Counted from the stretch's first letter, positions 9,123 through 16,950 are shown. The stretch: 32,911 nt of DNA from a virus (IMGVR_UViG_3300027323_000059:1-32911), one strand, 5' to 3'. Numbers and translations are program-made. The notes: generated by a model not told the origin, from the sequence alone.

Positions 9123-9430
9123 TTTTTTTTAATGTGACGCAATGCCTCCTCAGAGAGACCCAGAGAATTTTCGACTTCGTTGACCAATACTGCTAACACA
9201 CCAGGTTTTAATTTTGCTGCGTTAATATCTGGCTCTATCACAGCAGCTTGGACGAGCTTATGGCTGTACTTTTTCCTGTCAAAATCACTTCCACGGCTGC
9301 AGGATTCAAGGATATCATAGTACTCTCCGGAACTCAGTTCCTTTAGCTTGAATTCCACTCCGTTCACTTCGATTGTTATAGGATCGTCTGCCACATATAT
9401 CTTAGAATAATCAATGCCCTTCTTTGCCAT
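9119..9430 (-). CDS. Tail assembly chaperone (gpG-like)
   Basis: 103 aa after the tube gene; 'F.LKELS..EY' and 'AVIEP'; ends ATT AAA AAA AAG TAG. Confidence 0.82.
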   Translation of the reverse strand: MAKKGIDYSKIYVADDPITIEVNGVEFKLKELSSGEYYDILESCSRGSDFDRKKYSHKLVQAAVIEPDINAAKLKPGVLAVLVNEVENSLGLSEEALRHIKKK

Positions 9431-9440
9431 CTACACCACC

Positions 9441-9845
9441 TCAGTACTCGATATCGAAGTTTGTGCCTATGAACTTCCAGCTCCACGTGGGCTCCTCTGC
9501 CTCGGGCTTGAACTCCGGCCAGGAGAAGTGGCAGTCGTCGATGCTCATCTTCGAGAAGCCCGTTGCCTCTTTGTTGTTGCTCTTCACAACGACCTGCACG
9601 CCGCGCTTGGCTTTGACGATGTCCATGAGCAGCTGGTTGGTCTTGCTCTGCGCCTTTAAGCCGATGGTGCCCTCTGCGTCGGTGTCATCCTTCACGTTCC
9701 AGCCTATTGTTCTATTGCTCCAGTCCTTCACTGGCGTTACGTTGTCCTCTCCTTTGGGCGTGATGGTGAGTTCTGCGATGTCTTCCACTTCAACGCCGTC
9801 GATAAAGACGGTTACATCCTTAACGCTATACTCCACAAGCGCCAC
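9441..9845 (-). CDS. Tail tube protein
   Basis: YS.KDV.V.IDG start; about 134 aa; between sheath and chaperone. Start set at GTG 9845 after GAGGTGA (ORF extends to 9854). Confidence 0.8.
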   Translation of the reverse strand: MALVEYSVKDVTVFIDGVEVEDIAELTITPKGEDNVTPVKDWSNRTIGWNVKDDTDAEGTIGLKAQSKTNQLLMDIVKAKRGVQVVVKSNNKEATGFSKMSIDDCHFSWPEFKPEAEEPTWSWKFIGTNFDIEY

Positions 9846-9855
9846 TTCAATCACC

Positions 9856-10935
9856 TCATAGCGTTATGACCAGGTCAAGCGTGATCTTGCTGATGCTGCC
9901 GCTCAGGTATGCAGTCACGGAAACGTTGTTGAGCACGCGGTTGCTCTTGTCGCTGTCTGGTATTGAGTCATAGCTTGGCACGCTCACAAGGAAGCCCTTC
10001 ACGAGGTTGCCTTTCCCGTCCACGTAATCAGCTCTCAGCGCGCCCAGAGTCTGAGCAGCTCTGCAGACCCCCTCGATTGTCGCCTTGATCATGTCCAGCC
10101 CCGCCGGCGAGTAAGGTATCTTGCGCCCCATGTTGGCGAGGCGGATCTTCAGGTTCACCAGGGCGTTTTTGATCTCCTTGGCGAGGTAGATCTTAGTGCG
10201 CGGGATGTCTATAAAGCTGCCCGTGAGGCTCTTGGCTCCGCTTATCACGCTGCGCTGCGCCACAGTTATGACGGTGTTGATGTTGCTGCCCTCGAGGGCA
10301 TCGACATCGCTGGGGGCGTAGCTCGCAGCACTTATGCCCTGCACCTCATGCCACTCCGGAGGCACCCAAGGGCGGAGCACGCCGAGCACGCCAGCGGCAG
10401 CGCCCGCAAGTTCTCCTGGTGCAAGCGTTGCATCATCGTGAGCAATAGCAAAGCAGTACTCGTTTGCCGTGAGAGCCCCGATGTTGGCTTCCACGGTAGC
10501 TTTATCCCCTATGTCCGGTATGATGAGCACCTTCTTCTCGCTGCCTGCGTGGCTCACAAGCGTTGGCATGTTGGCATCGCTGGCGTCTATCGTCGGGACT
10601 ATTATGTCGTAGTCAACTTGCTCGCTCACCAGGGAGTTGAGCACCGTGTTATAATCCGCAACGGAGCCGCCTGCTCCGTCGTCCTTTAGGGCGTTAACCA
10701 CCTTCACGTGGTCCACGCCCTGGGCGAAAATCTTCGATGTAGCCTGCGATATCGGTGAAGTAGCGCCGAACTTCTGCTCAACCTCGCTCTGGCTATAGTA
10801 GGTGTATACAGTGTTGAAGTCCGCGAGATTGTCGCTGTCCTCGCCGATCACAATTACCTCGCCGTAGGTTTCGGCCTTAGAAGCCGAAGTTGCATCAGCT
10901 ACGTTGATTTGGATTGCGCTATCCGACGTCGGCAT
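9856..10935 (-). CDS. Contractile tail sheath protein (compact)
   Basis: C-terminal FID.....YL...I...L, KIPY...G...I and R.L..V.....L.G.I..I motifs. Confidence 0.85.
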   Translation of the reverse strand: MPTSDSAIQINVADATSASKAETYGEVIVIGEDSDNLADFNTVYTYYSQSEVEQKFGATSPISQATSKIFAQGVDHVKVVNALKDDGAGGSVADYNTVLNSLVSEQVDYDIIVPTIDASDANMPTLVSHAGSEKKVLIIPDIGDKATVEANIGALTANEYCFAIAHDDATLAPGELAGAAAGVLGVLRPWVPPEWHEVQGISAASYAPSDVDALEGSNINTVITVAQRSVISGAKSLTGSFIDIPRTKIYLAKEIKNALVNLKIRLANMGRKIPYSPAGLDMIKATIEGVCRAAQTLGALRADYVDGKGNLVKGFLVSVPSYDSIPDSDKSNRVLNNVSVTAYLSGSISKITLDLVITL

Positions 10936-10985
10936 CTCTTACTTCCTCCAGTTTCGGCTTTTAAGCTTAAGCTGAATGCAGAGGT

Positions 10986-11002
10986 TTAAAAAGGAAAGTC
11001 AG
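10986..11002 (-). promoter_or_regulatory. Viral late promoter copy (CTGACTTTCC-TTTTTAA)
   Basis: Motif starts 67 nt upstream of the sheath ATG; the leader carries GGAGG. Confidence 0.75.
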
Positions 11003-11006
11003 AAAA

Positions 11007-11549
11007 TCAGCCCTGCTGGACCTCGTAGTTAATGGTCTCAATGGTGGTGACCGTCTCCTGGTAGCTCAGCGTATAGGCGAGGTAGAAGTCTATCCTCCGC
11101 CTCGCTATTCCGTCGCCTGCGAGGAAGTCAAGTGCAGCAACTTCGCTTCTCCCCCGCGTGGCTATACCGGGGATGTTTAGCTTGAGGTACCACAGAAGCA
11201 GCTCGTCAACCACTGCGTCTACAACATCGCTCCTGTGGTGGAACTCTGCGCCCCTGTGGTCCTTTGCGTGGATGTTGATGCGCAGCGTGATCCGCTCCCT
11301 CTCCCCCTTGGTGTAGATCACATCCACGCCGTCGCTGGTTATCTCCAGGATGTCATTGAGGGGGCTCTCCACATCGCTCCTCCTGTCACCGAAGTAGTGC
11401 AAAGTGAGCACCACGGGATAGCTGCGAAGCTTCTCTGAGACGTTCACTCTGTCAGCGTAGTCAACGTATATGCTGAGGGTGTCGTTGCCTATTGTTACCT
11501 GCTTGGGCAGGCTTTTGAAGATCTCTTTCTTTAGACTCGAAGGGAGCAT
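11007..11549 (-). CDS. Tail completion / terminator protein
   Basis: Immediately before the sheath; YP....L, RR.IDF and TIETI features. ATG 11549 preferred because of promoter spacing (ORF extends to 11558). Confidence 0.65.
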   Translation of the reverse strand: MLPSSLKKEIFKSLPKQVTIGNDTLSIYVDYADRVNVSEKLRSYPVVLTLHYFGDRRSDVESPLNDILEITSDGVDVIYTKGERERITLRINIHAKDHRGAEFHHRSDVVDAVVDELLLWYLKLNIPGIATRGRSEVAALDFLAGDGIARRRIDFYLAYTLSYQETVTTIETINYEVQQG

Positions 11550-11572
11550 GATAAGCACTCACAGCACAGAAC

Positions 11573-11589
11573 ATAAAAAGCAAAGTCAG
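11573..11589 (-). promoter_or_regulatory. Viral late promoter copy (CTGACTTTGC-TTTTTAT)
   Basis: Motif starts 40 nt upstream of ATG 11549 and contains the upstream TGA stop. Confidence 0.75.
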
Positions 11590-12095
11590 AGGGTGTAGCG
11601 ATTCAGCTCTTCCTCGAGAGCCTGCCGCGCTATTTTAAGAATTTTCTCTTCCTCCATGTCGAAAACCAGCGTGAAAAGAGGTCTCGGTGGGATGTGGAGT
11701 TCTGACGTACTTTGCTTGAGGTGTAGCCCCTGGGCATGGAGGAACTTCCGCATCCTCTCACTCACTCTTATCGTTGCCCCTTCCTCGAGGACTAGCGCTA
11801 TGAAAGCCTTCTTGCTCTGGAAGATGCCGACCTTTATGGTCCTGCTCATGCTTTTGCCCGTGATGCGGTGCGTGATCTGATTCCTCAGCTCTCCGGTGTC
11901 GATCCACGCCTTTGTGCTGCCTTTCCTTGAGACGGTGAAGGGATGCAGCTCCGGCCAGGAGGCGTCGCCAGACTCCATCTTGTCAAGGATCTTCTGCTCG
12001 AGGTACATCGCAATCTTCGCTGCGACGCGATCGAGGATCTTCTCAAAATCAGCCACAAGCTTGGGGATGTTGTTCTTGTCTTCTACTTTGCTCAT
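11586..12095 (-). CDS. Neck / virion morphogenesis protein (HK97 gp10 / P2 gpS-like)
   Basis: W..L...T..RKG, IDTG.LR..I, E.GA.I and IPPRP motifs. Confidence 0.8.
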   Translation of the reverse strand: MSKVEDKNNIPKLVADFEKILDRVAAKIAMYLEQKILDKMESGDASWPELHPFTVSRKGSTKAWIDTGELRNQITHRITGKSMSRTIKVGIFQSKKAFIALVLEEGATIRVSERMRKFLHAQGLHLKQSTSELHIPPRPLFTLVFDMEEEKILKIARQALEEELNRYTL

Positions 12096-12457
12096 TGTCT
12101 CCGCCTGAGCAGAAACGCCTCTCTCGAGGCTGCGTACCTCTCAAGCAAGCCGTAGCTTCTCTCCCTGCGCACAACTTTCCACTCGCTCACTGAGCCGTCC
12201 GCCTCTGTGATTTTGATTATATCTCCCTCGGCGATGCCGTAGCTCTTAGCTACGTAGAGCCTTCTGTCGCCCAGCTCATAGAGCCCTTCCGGTGCACGCT
12301 GCAGGTCTTTGACCGTAACATCGCTGATGTGTCCCTTTATCTCCACCACGCTCTCCTGGGGAGGGATATAGTCACCAGTGCTCTGGTCGGTGTAGCCCTC
12401 TGTGATTCTTACCAGCTCAATTTTATAGGGCCAGTCTAAAGCCGAGAACATTTTCAC
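12092..12457 (-). CDS. Head closure (stopper) protein
   Basis: GY.D..G, L...PEG....GD..LY and beta-rich pattern; follows the adaptor gene. Confidence 0.7.
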   Translation of the reverse strand: MKMFSALDWPYKIELVRITEGYTDQSTGDYIPPQESVVEIKGHISDVTVKDLQRAPEGLYELGDRRLYVAKSYGIAEGDIIKITEADGSVSEWKVVRRERSYGLLERYAASREAFLLRRRQ

Positions 12458-12822
12458 TCACTGAAGAAATCGTTGGTCACACCAAAGGGCAGAGGTCTGA
12501 GCTTGTCAATCAGCCTCTCAGCTTCGGCGCGCCACTCCTTAGCCTTCGCAGAGAGGTCTTCAAAGTCCAGCGAGGCATCGCCCTCGCGGATTGTTTTGAC
12601 GTTGCGCTCTTTTATGTTCCCGGTCTTCATGTCAACCAGGAAGGCGGCGGCGAGCAGCTTCTGCGCCCTCTTGCCCAGTATACTGCTAACATTTCCCCCT
12701 TCCGCCTCTATGATTGCTTGAGCTTCGTCCAGAGCGCTCTGGATCTCAGGGTCGCCGAAGATGTAGTTGTCTGGGTCGGTGTCGCCAATCTGTGCCCTCA
12801 CGTCGTCGATAGTGGCTGCCAA
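12454..12822 (-). CDS. Head-tail adaptor protein
   Basis: ATIDDVR..IGD.D...F.D.EI...L and 'EGD.S..F' motifs; TTG start. Confidence 0.75.
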   Translation of the reverse strand: MAATIDDVRAQIGDTDPDNYIFGDPEIQSALDEAQAIIEAEGGNVSSILGKRAQKLLAAAFLVDMKTGNIKERNVKTIREGDASLDFEDLSAKAKEWRAEAERLIDKLRPLPFGVTNDFFSE

Positions 12823-12823
12823 G

Positions 12824-13144
12824 TCAGTTCCCCCCAGAGAACAGGTCTTTAAGCTTCACCACCATTGTGCTAACGCCTGCGGGAATTACCACGAGAGCCC
12901 CGATTATTCTATTCTTGAATGTTTCCAGAGCGCGGATCCTCTGTTCATGATCTTCGATTGCTGTGGTTGTCTGACTGAGCTCAGTGATAGAGCGCTCGAG
13001 CACCCCAATGCGGCTGTAAAGCTGCACGTGGTCATTTCTGTTATCTTCGATTAGCTTGTCTAGCTTCTTGCAGATGGATGAAATCTGCCTCTGCTGGTCC
13101 TCGAACTTGCTGTCGAGGTACTTCATGAGGAGGGACTCTTCCAT
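12824..13144 (-). CDS. Coiled-coil protein with C-terminal membrane anchor
   Basis: Heptads, 'DHEQRIRALE', then hydrophobic IIGALVVIPAGVSTMVV. Confidence 0.7.
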   Translation of the reverse strand: MEESLLMKYLDSKFEDQQRQISSICKKLDKLIEDNRNDHVQLYSRIGVLERSITELSQTTTAIEDHEQRIRALETFKNRIIGALVVIPAGVSTMVVKLKDLFSGGN

Positions 13145-13153
13145 TTCCCCTCC

Positions 13154-13441
13154 CTACTCGGCGTTTTCTTCAGGTTCGCTTTTCTCTGGTCCCTTTGGCT
13201 TGCTTTCCTCAGCCTTCTTGCCCTTTCCCTTTTTCTTGGGCTTCTCCTCAGGTGCTGGCTTGCTCTCCACCGGCTCGAGGTCGATAACGACGAGGTTGCC
13301 GTTCTTCAATGCATCGCGCTCCGCAGGCGTCTGAAGCTTCTCGTCCGCTGGTATCTTGCCCCTGTCGCCCCTCTTGCCTCGCAGGTGCTTGCTCTCGAAG
13401 TGTGCGGCTCTGATTTCCACAAGCAGTTCATTCTTTGGCAT
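13154..13441 (-). CDS. Small head-associated protein with charged low-complexity tail
   Basis: GAGGTGA RBS; directly after the MCP gene; K/E/P-rich C-terminus. Confidence 0.65.
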   Translation of the reverse strand: MPKNELLVEIRAAHFESKHLRGKRGDRGKIPADEKLQTPAERDALKNGNLVVIDLEPVESKPAPEEKPKKKGKGKKAEESKPKGPEKSEPEENAE

Positions 13442-13488
13442 CTACATCACCTCAAAACATATTTCCCGGAAAATGGAAAGAGAGGCGC

Positions 13489-14367
13489 TTACGCCTTCAA
13501 GCCGGTGATCTTGCAGATGTACTCTGGGCTGTCGATGACTGGCTCTGCCATGGCGAAGTTGAAGTAGCGGTTGTCTATCATCGGGTTGCCGAGGTTCTCA
13601 CCGGAGACATTGACCGTAGTCAGGGGTATGCTCTCAGCCATAAAGCCTATGTCCTTTCTGCGGATCACGAGCACCACGCCGTCGTCGTTGGGATCAACGG
13701 CCTTATCCTTGATTATGTTGAGCCCTGCGAGGCCAGGGATTACACCGGTCTTGACCACCTGGGCCTGGAGGTAGTTGTTGTTGCGTACCACGTCGAACTT
13801 GGTGAGGCGCTCGTACATTATGGGGCTCATGATGACGTCGGTAGCCTCACCCCCATCCGTAGCGTCGTAGATGAGCGTCTTGGCATGCTCGAGGTCTGCG
13901 ATGGGGTCCCCTGCCGTGGTGTCAGTCCAGTTGGTACCGTCGAATGTGTTTATACCGGTTGCATTGAGCATGGCGTTGAAGATCAGATCGTCCTCAAAGC
14001 GGCGCATCTTGTAAACGCTGCGATTGATCTTTCTGCCCACAGTCTGGACGCGGGAGAATCTGCGCTCCATCAGCGTAACGTCGAAATACGCACCGTAGGG
14101 CCGGATAGGCTTGGCCTTCTTGCCATACTTGAAGTCCAGCTTTGGGAAACCGCCCAGCTCGCTGATCCAGTCCACGTTGCCTACGATGTCACCCTCTTCT
14201 ATCCAGGAGACGGAATCACCCTCGATGCGCTCGGGTCCACTCAGAAGCTGCCTGCCTATCAGCGTCTTTTCGTAGACCTGCTTGACCCTCGCCCTTATGA
14301 CTTCAGGCTTAAGGGCGGGGCTGTCCTGGTATGCTAAATCCTTCTGTGTGAAAGCTGCGGTCGTCAT
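13489..14367 (-). CDS. Major capsid protein (HK97 fold)
   Basis: About 292 aa; WISE.G.FP, YG..F.VT, GDPIADL and .IMSP motifs; follows the protease and decoration genes. ATG 14367 after GAGGTGG (ORF extends to 14376). Confidence 0.88.
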   Translation of the reverse strand: MTTAAFTQKDLAYQDSPALKPEVIRARVKQVYEKTLIGRQLLSGPERIEGDSVSWIEEGDIVGNVDWISELGGFPKLDFKYGKKAKPIRPYGAYFDVTLMERRFSRVQTVGRKINRSVYKMRRFEDDLIFNAMLNATGINTFDGTNWTDTTAGDPIADLEHAKTLIYDATDGGEATDVIMSPIMYERLTKFDVVRNNNYLQAQVVKTGVIPGLAGLNIIKDKAVDPNDDGVVLVIRRKDIGFMAESIPLTTVNVSGENLGNPMIDNRYFNFAMAEPVIDSPEYICKITGLKA

Positions 14368-14377
14368 CTCCACCACC

Positions 14378-14848
14378 TCATATCAGCACGAGCACCTTGC
14401 TACCATCGGCTCCGCCCTTCCAGCAGATGCCGATGGGGTCGCGGTAGTCTATGGTGTGCGTTGCGGTGCCGCCTTCGTCGATAGTCTCTGGGGGCAGCGC
14501 CTTCACTCTGCCTGGGTTGGTTGTGCTCGTGGTAACGGCGTCTCCAGCGTTGATCGCACCCTCCGCGGTGAACTCAACGATAGCCCTGAACTTCGTGAGC
14601 ACGGAAACGCGGTGCCTGGAGTCAAGCCCTTCGGGTGCAGAGCTCTCGTGGATGCTCGAAACGAGCACGCCTATCGCCTTACCAGAGGTGGTTGCCTTGC
14701 CCACGGTTTCGTCGGCAACGATCTCCACGAGATCCCCAGCCTTGTAGTAGTAGCCGTCGGCGTCCTTGGTCTGCGTGGTATCCACCTTCGCGCTCAGGAT
14801 ACCTTCAGGGAGGTACCCCCTTACAGGTGAAGCTGCAGTCTCCACCAT
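14378..14848 (-). CDS. Capsid decoration / cement protein (DUF2190-like)
   Basis: AGD.V, AIGV, A.GAI.AGD.V and IG..W motifs; directly before the MCP gene. Confidence 0.78.
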   Translation of the reverse strand: MVETAASPVRGYLPEGILSAKVDTTQTKDADGYYYKAGDLVEIVADETVGKATTSGKAIGVLVSSIHESSAPEGLDSRHRVSVLTKFRAIVEFTAEGAINAGDAVTTSTTNPGRVKALPPETIDEGGTATHTIDYRDPIGICWKGGADGSKVLVLI

Positions 14849-14849
14849 C

Positions 14850-15179
14850 TTAGCTCACCCCCACTTCAACCGGGCCGAAGTACTTCTCGGCAAGCTCAAA
14901 CGGGTCCTCGGCTTTGGCTGCGTTGTCCCTGCTCTTCTCGGTGCTCTGGGTTTCCACCATGCGCTTCTTGAGGTCCGCCTTGTACTTCTCCAGCTGCTCC
15001 CTGTTGAGCGACTTCAGGAAATCCCTGTCAACCTCAGGGTAAATCGCGATGATCTCCGCGCGGAGCTCGGTCAGCTCTTCGATTTTCTTGATCTTCGCTG
15101 CGAACTCCTGCTTGACCTCCTCGAGCTTCTGCTCGTACTCTTTCTTGAGGTCTGTCTTGATTTTCTCTATTTCTTCCAT
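14850..15179 (-). CDS. Nested in-frame scaffolding protein (109 aa)
   Basis: Internal ATG 15179 (MEEIEKIK) preceded by GGAGGT (15186-15191) and by a late-promoter copy at 15220-15235. Confidence 0.7.
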   Translation of the reverse strand: MEEIEKIKTDLKKEYEQKLEEVKQEFAAKIKKIEELTELRAEIIAIYPEVDRDFLKSLNREQLEKYKADLKKRMVETQSTEKSRDNAAKAEDPFELAEKYFGPVEVGVS

Positions 15180-16208
15180 GCTTAGACCTCCTTTGTTGTT
15201 GAGTTCCGAGCCTTCTGTATTTAAAGCAAAGTCAGATTTGGCGAAGTTTGCCTCTGGAGGCTCTTTTTCGAATTCTCTGTAGTGAGCTGCGAGATGGTTG
15301 TACACCTTGCGCTTATCTGCCGCGGGAATGTCAACGCCACCACGGGCGCCCATGAGTGCTGCCATTGCTGCGCGAACACCGTTCCACACCACGGCGCCGT
15401 CGCTAGGGCGGTGATGCGGCAACTTGAGGTCTGTGAATGCGTTGGGCGGCATCTTCGGAGCCCAAGCGAAGTGCTGGGCTATTCTGCGCTTCTCCGCATC
15501 GCTCAGCTCATCCCAACGCTTGCTGGTGAAGTCCTCAAGGCGAGGCTTTTCCCAGGGTGTGTCCTCGCTCGCCTTGCGGTAGTTTGGCGGGTTGCTCGGC
15601 ACCACGCCAAAGTCGAATATTTCCCGGGAAATATCGGCACCTCTGGAATTGGAGATCAGCCTGGCATTGGGATCAGCGGGCTCGTTTACCACGGCGATGT
15701 GCACCAGGGTCATGTCAGCAAGGTACTCCCCTTCTGCGTCCTGCTCTATTCTGCCCCTCACCCTGACGGAGAAGAAGGTGTTCTCAGGGTCTAGCTTCAC
15801 GCGCTCTGCAACCTCTCTGAGCATGGGCGTGGTGTTCCAGAACTCCACGTCTGCTATTGCCGCCTGCAGCCCCTTCTCAGGGTCCTTGCCGAACTCGAGG
15901 TTGTAGGTGGCTCCGACTTTGTCCAGGAAGCTATCGCTGTGGTCCAGAACAAGAGGCACCTTGAAGTACTTCCTATTCTCCTGCTCTTTCACCTCAATGG
16001 CACGCCGGACCATCGCCTCAATTTCATTAGCCCGGAACTGTATGCCGTTGTGTGTGCCTTCGGTGACAGCGATGATCCTGCGCTTTAGTCCCCTCGAGGT
16101 GTCCTCGTTCTTCAGGTCAACCACTGGGACGAAGTCGCCTTTCTCTGCACAAAAGCCCAAGCAATCGGCAACCCTTACAGTGAAGTCTACTGTAACCTCG
16201 TCGCTCAT
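14850..16208 (-). CDS. Prohead protease with extra domain and C-terminal scaffold
   Basis: PLVLDH (His), FSV (Ser) and HIAVV..PAD..A motifs; middle domain LKLPHH...GARGG...HLAAHY; coiled-coil C-terminus. Confidence 0.82.
   Translation of the reverse strand: MSDEVTVDFTVRVADCLGFCAEKGDFVPVVDLKNEDTSRGLKRRIIAVTEGTHNGIQFRANEIEAMVRRAIEVKEQENRKYFKVPLVLDHSDSFLDKVGATYNLEFGKDPEKGLQAAIADVEFWNTTPMLREVAERVKLDPENTFFSVRVRGRIEQDAEGEYLADMTLVHIAVVNEPADPNARLISNSRGADISREIFDFGVVPSNPPNYRKASEDTPWEKPRLEDFTSKRWDELSDAEKRRIAQHFAWAPKMPPNAFTDLKLPHHRPSDGAVVWNGVRAAMAALMGARGGVDIPAADKRKVYNHLAAHYREFEKEPPEANFAKSDFALNTEGSELNNKGGLSMEEIEKIKTDLKKEYEQKLEEVKQEFAAKIKKIEELTELRAEIIAIYPEVDRDFLKSLNREQLEKYKADLKKRMVETQSTEKSRDNAAKAEDPFELAEKYFGPVEVGVS
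15220..15235 (-). promoter_or_regulatory. Intragenic late promoter copy (CTGACTTTGC-TTTAAA)
   Basis: Motif lies inside the protease gene, 56 nt upstream of the nested ATG. Confidence 0.72.
15617..15634. repeat. Perfect 18-bp palindrome ATATTTCCCGGGAAATAT
   Basis: Read directly; near-copies at 4751-4768 and 13459-13476. Confidence 0.8.
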
Positions 16209-16232
16209 GAATAAAGGCTGAGGAGAAGTAGC

Positions 16233-16249
16233 TTAAAAAGGAAAGTCAG
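16233..16249 (-). promoter_or_regulatory. Viral late promoter copy (CTGACTTTCC-TTTTTAA)
   Basis: Motif starts 41 nt upstream of the protease ATG 16208. Confidence 0.78.
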
Positions 16250-16265
16250 ATAGTGGTTGTAGAAT

Positions 16266-16658
16266 TTAGCAGTCGGTGGTATCTTTTCTGTAAAGCCACC
16301 ATGTTAACCAGTCTGCTGTAAAAGATAACAACCAAACTAAAATCAGTTTGTACCACGGCCATAGTCCTCTCATGATATCAATAAATTTGATTATAGTAAG
16401 AGAGAGAAGAACCGCGAATATTCTAAAGTGATAGTACGTGTACGCCTCTTGATTTTCTTCCCATCTTCCCCAACGAATGCGGACGATTAATCTTGCGGGA
16501 ATAAACAACAAGTAGCTTGCAACAATCGCCAAGACTATCTGCTTCAATAATTTATAATTAATAAACTGATCGCCAAGGATTACATAAAGAGCGAAATAGC
16601 CAATTACAAAATGATTGACCAAATTACGAGAAGTCAAATCCTTTATGTTAATATCCAT
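16266..16658 (-). CDS. AT-rich membrane protein (about 4 TM)
   Basis: Four hydrophobic stretches; GAGGGGG RBS; AT-rich codons. Confidence 0.72.
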   Translation of the reverse strand: MDINIKDLTSRNLVNHFVIGYFALYVILGDQFINYKLLKQIVLAIVASYLLFIPARLIVRIRWGRWEENQEAYTYYHFRIFAVLLSLTIIKFIDIMRGLWPWYKLILVWLLSFTADWLTWWLYRKDTTDC

Positions 16659-16677
16659 ACTACCCCCTCTTACAACC

Positions 16678-16950
16678 CTAGAAAAGCTCTACTAAGATAC
16701 CATCCTCCCTCAGATAGACAGAGCACCAGTCCATGTCGTAATCTGTGAGTTTCAATTCTCTGTATACCTCCTCGGGAAGGGTGATATAATCAGCGCCGTT
16801 CTCCCTTATGATCTCCACCTCAATGTCGCCCCTCCCTAAGACTAACCCTGTTCTGTTGTTTACGTACGCTGCTCTAATTTTGCCTTCTGCAGGTCGTTTC
16901 TCTGGATTTTTGAGCAGCTCGTCCCCGTAGCTTATTCGGAGCCTCTTCAT
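16678..16950 (-). CDS. Putative immunity / antitoxin protein with AbrB/MazE-like C-terminus
   Basis: Coupled (ATGA overlap) to the MuF gene; 'YITLPEEVYRELKL...V.LREDGILVE' resembles the AbrB swapped-hairpin pattern. Confidence 0.5.
   Translation of the reverse strand: MKRLRISYGDELLKNPEKRPAEGKIRAAYVNNRTGLVLGRGDIEVEIIRENGADYITLPEEVYRELKLTDYDMDWCSVYLREDGILVELF

Noticed and set aside
10961-10973. Overlapping palindromes TTAAGCTTAA / AGCTTAAGCT near the sheath transcription start
   Set aside because: Single occurrence, short and AT-rich; cannot be distinguished from chance.
12815-12830. CTGACTTG as a tenth late promoter
   Set aside because: No TATA box follows; it is a TGA stop next to a TTG start.
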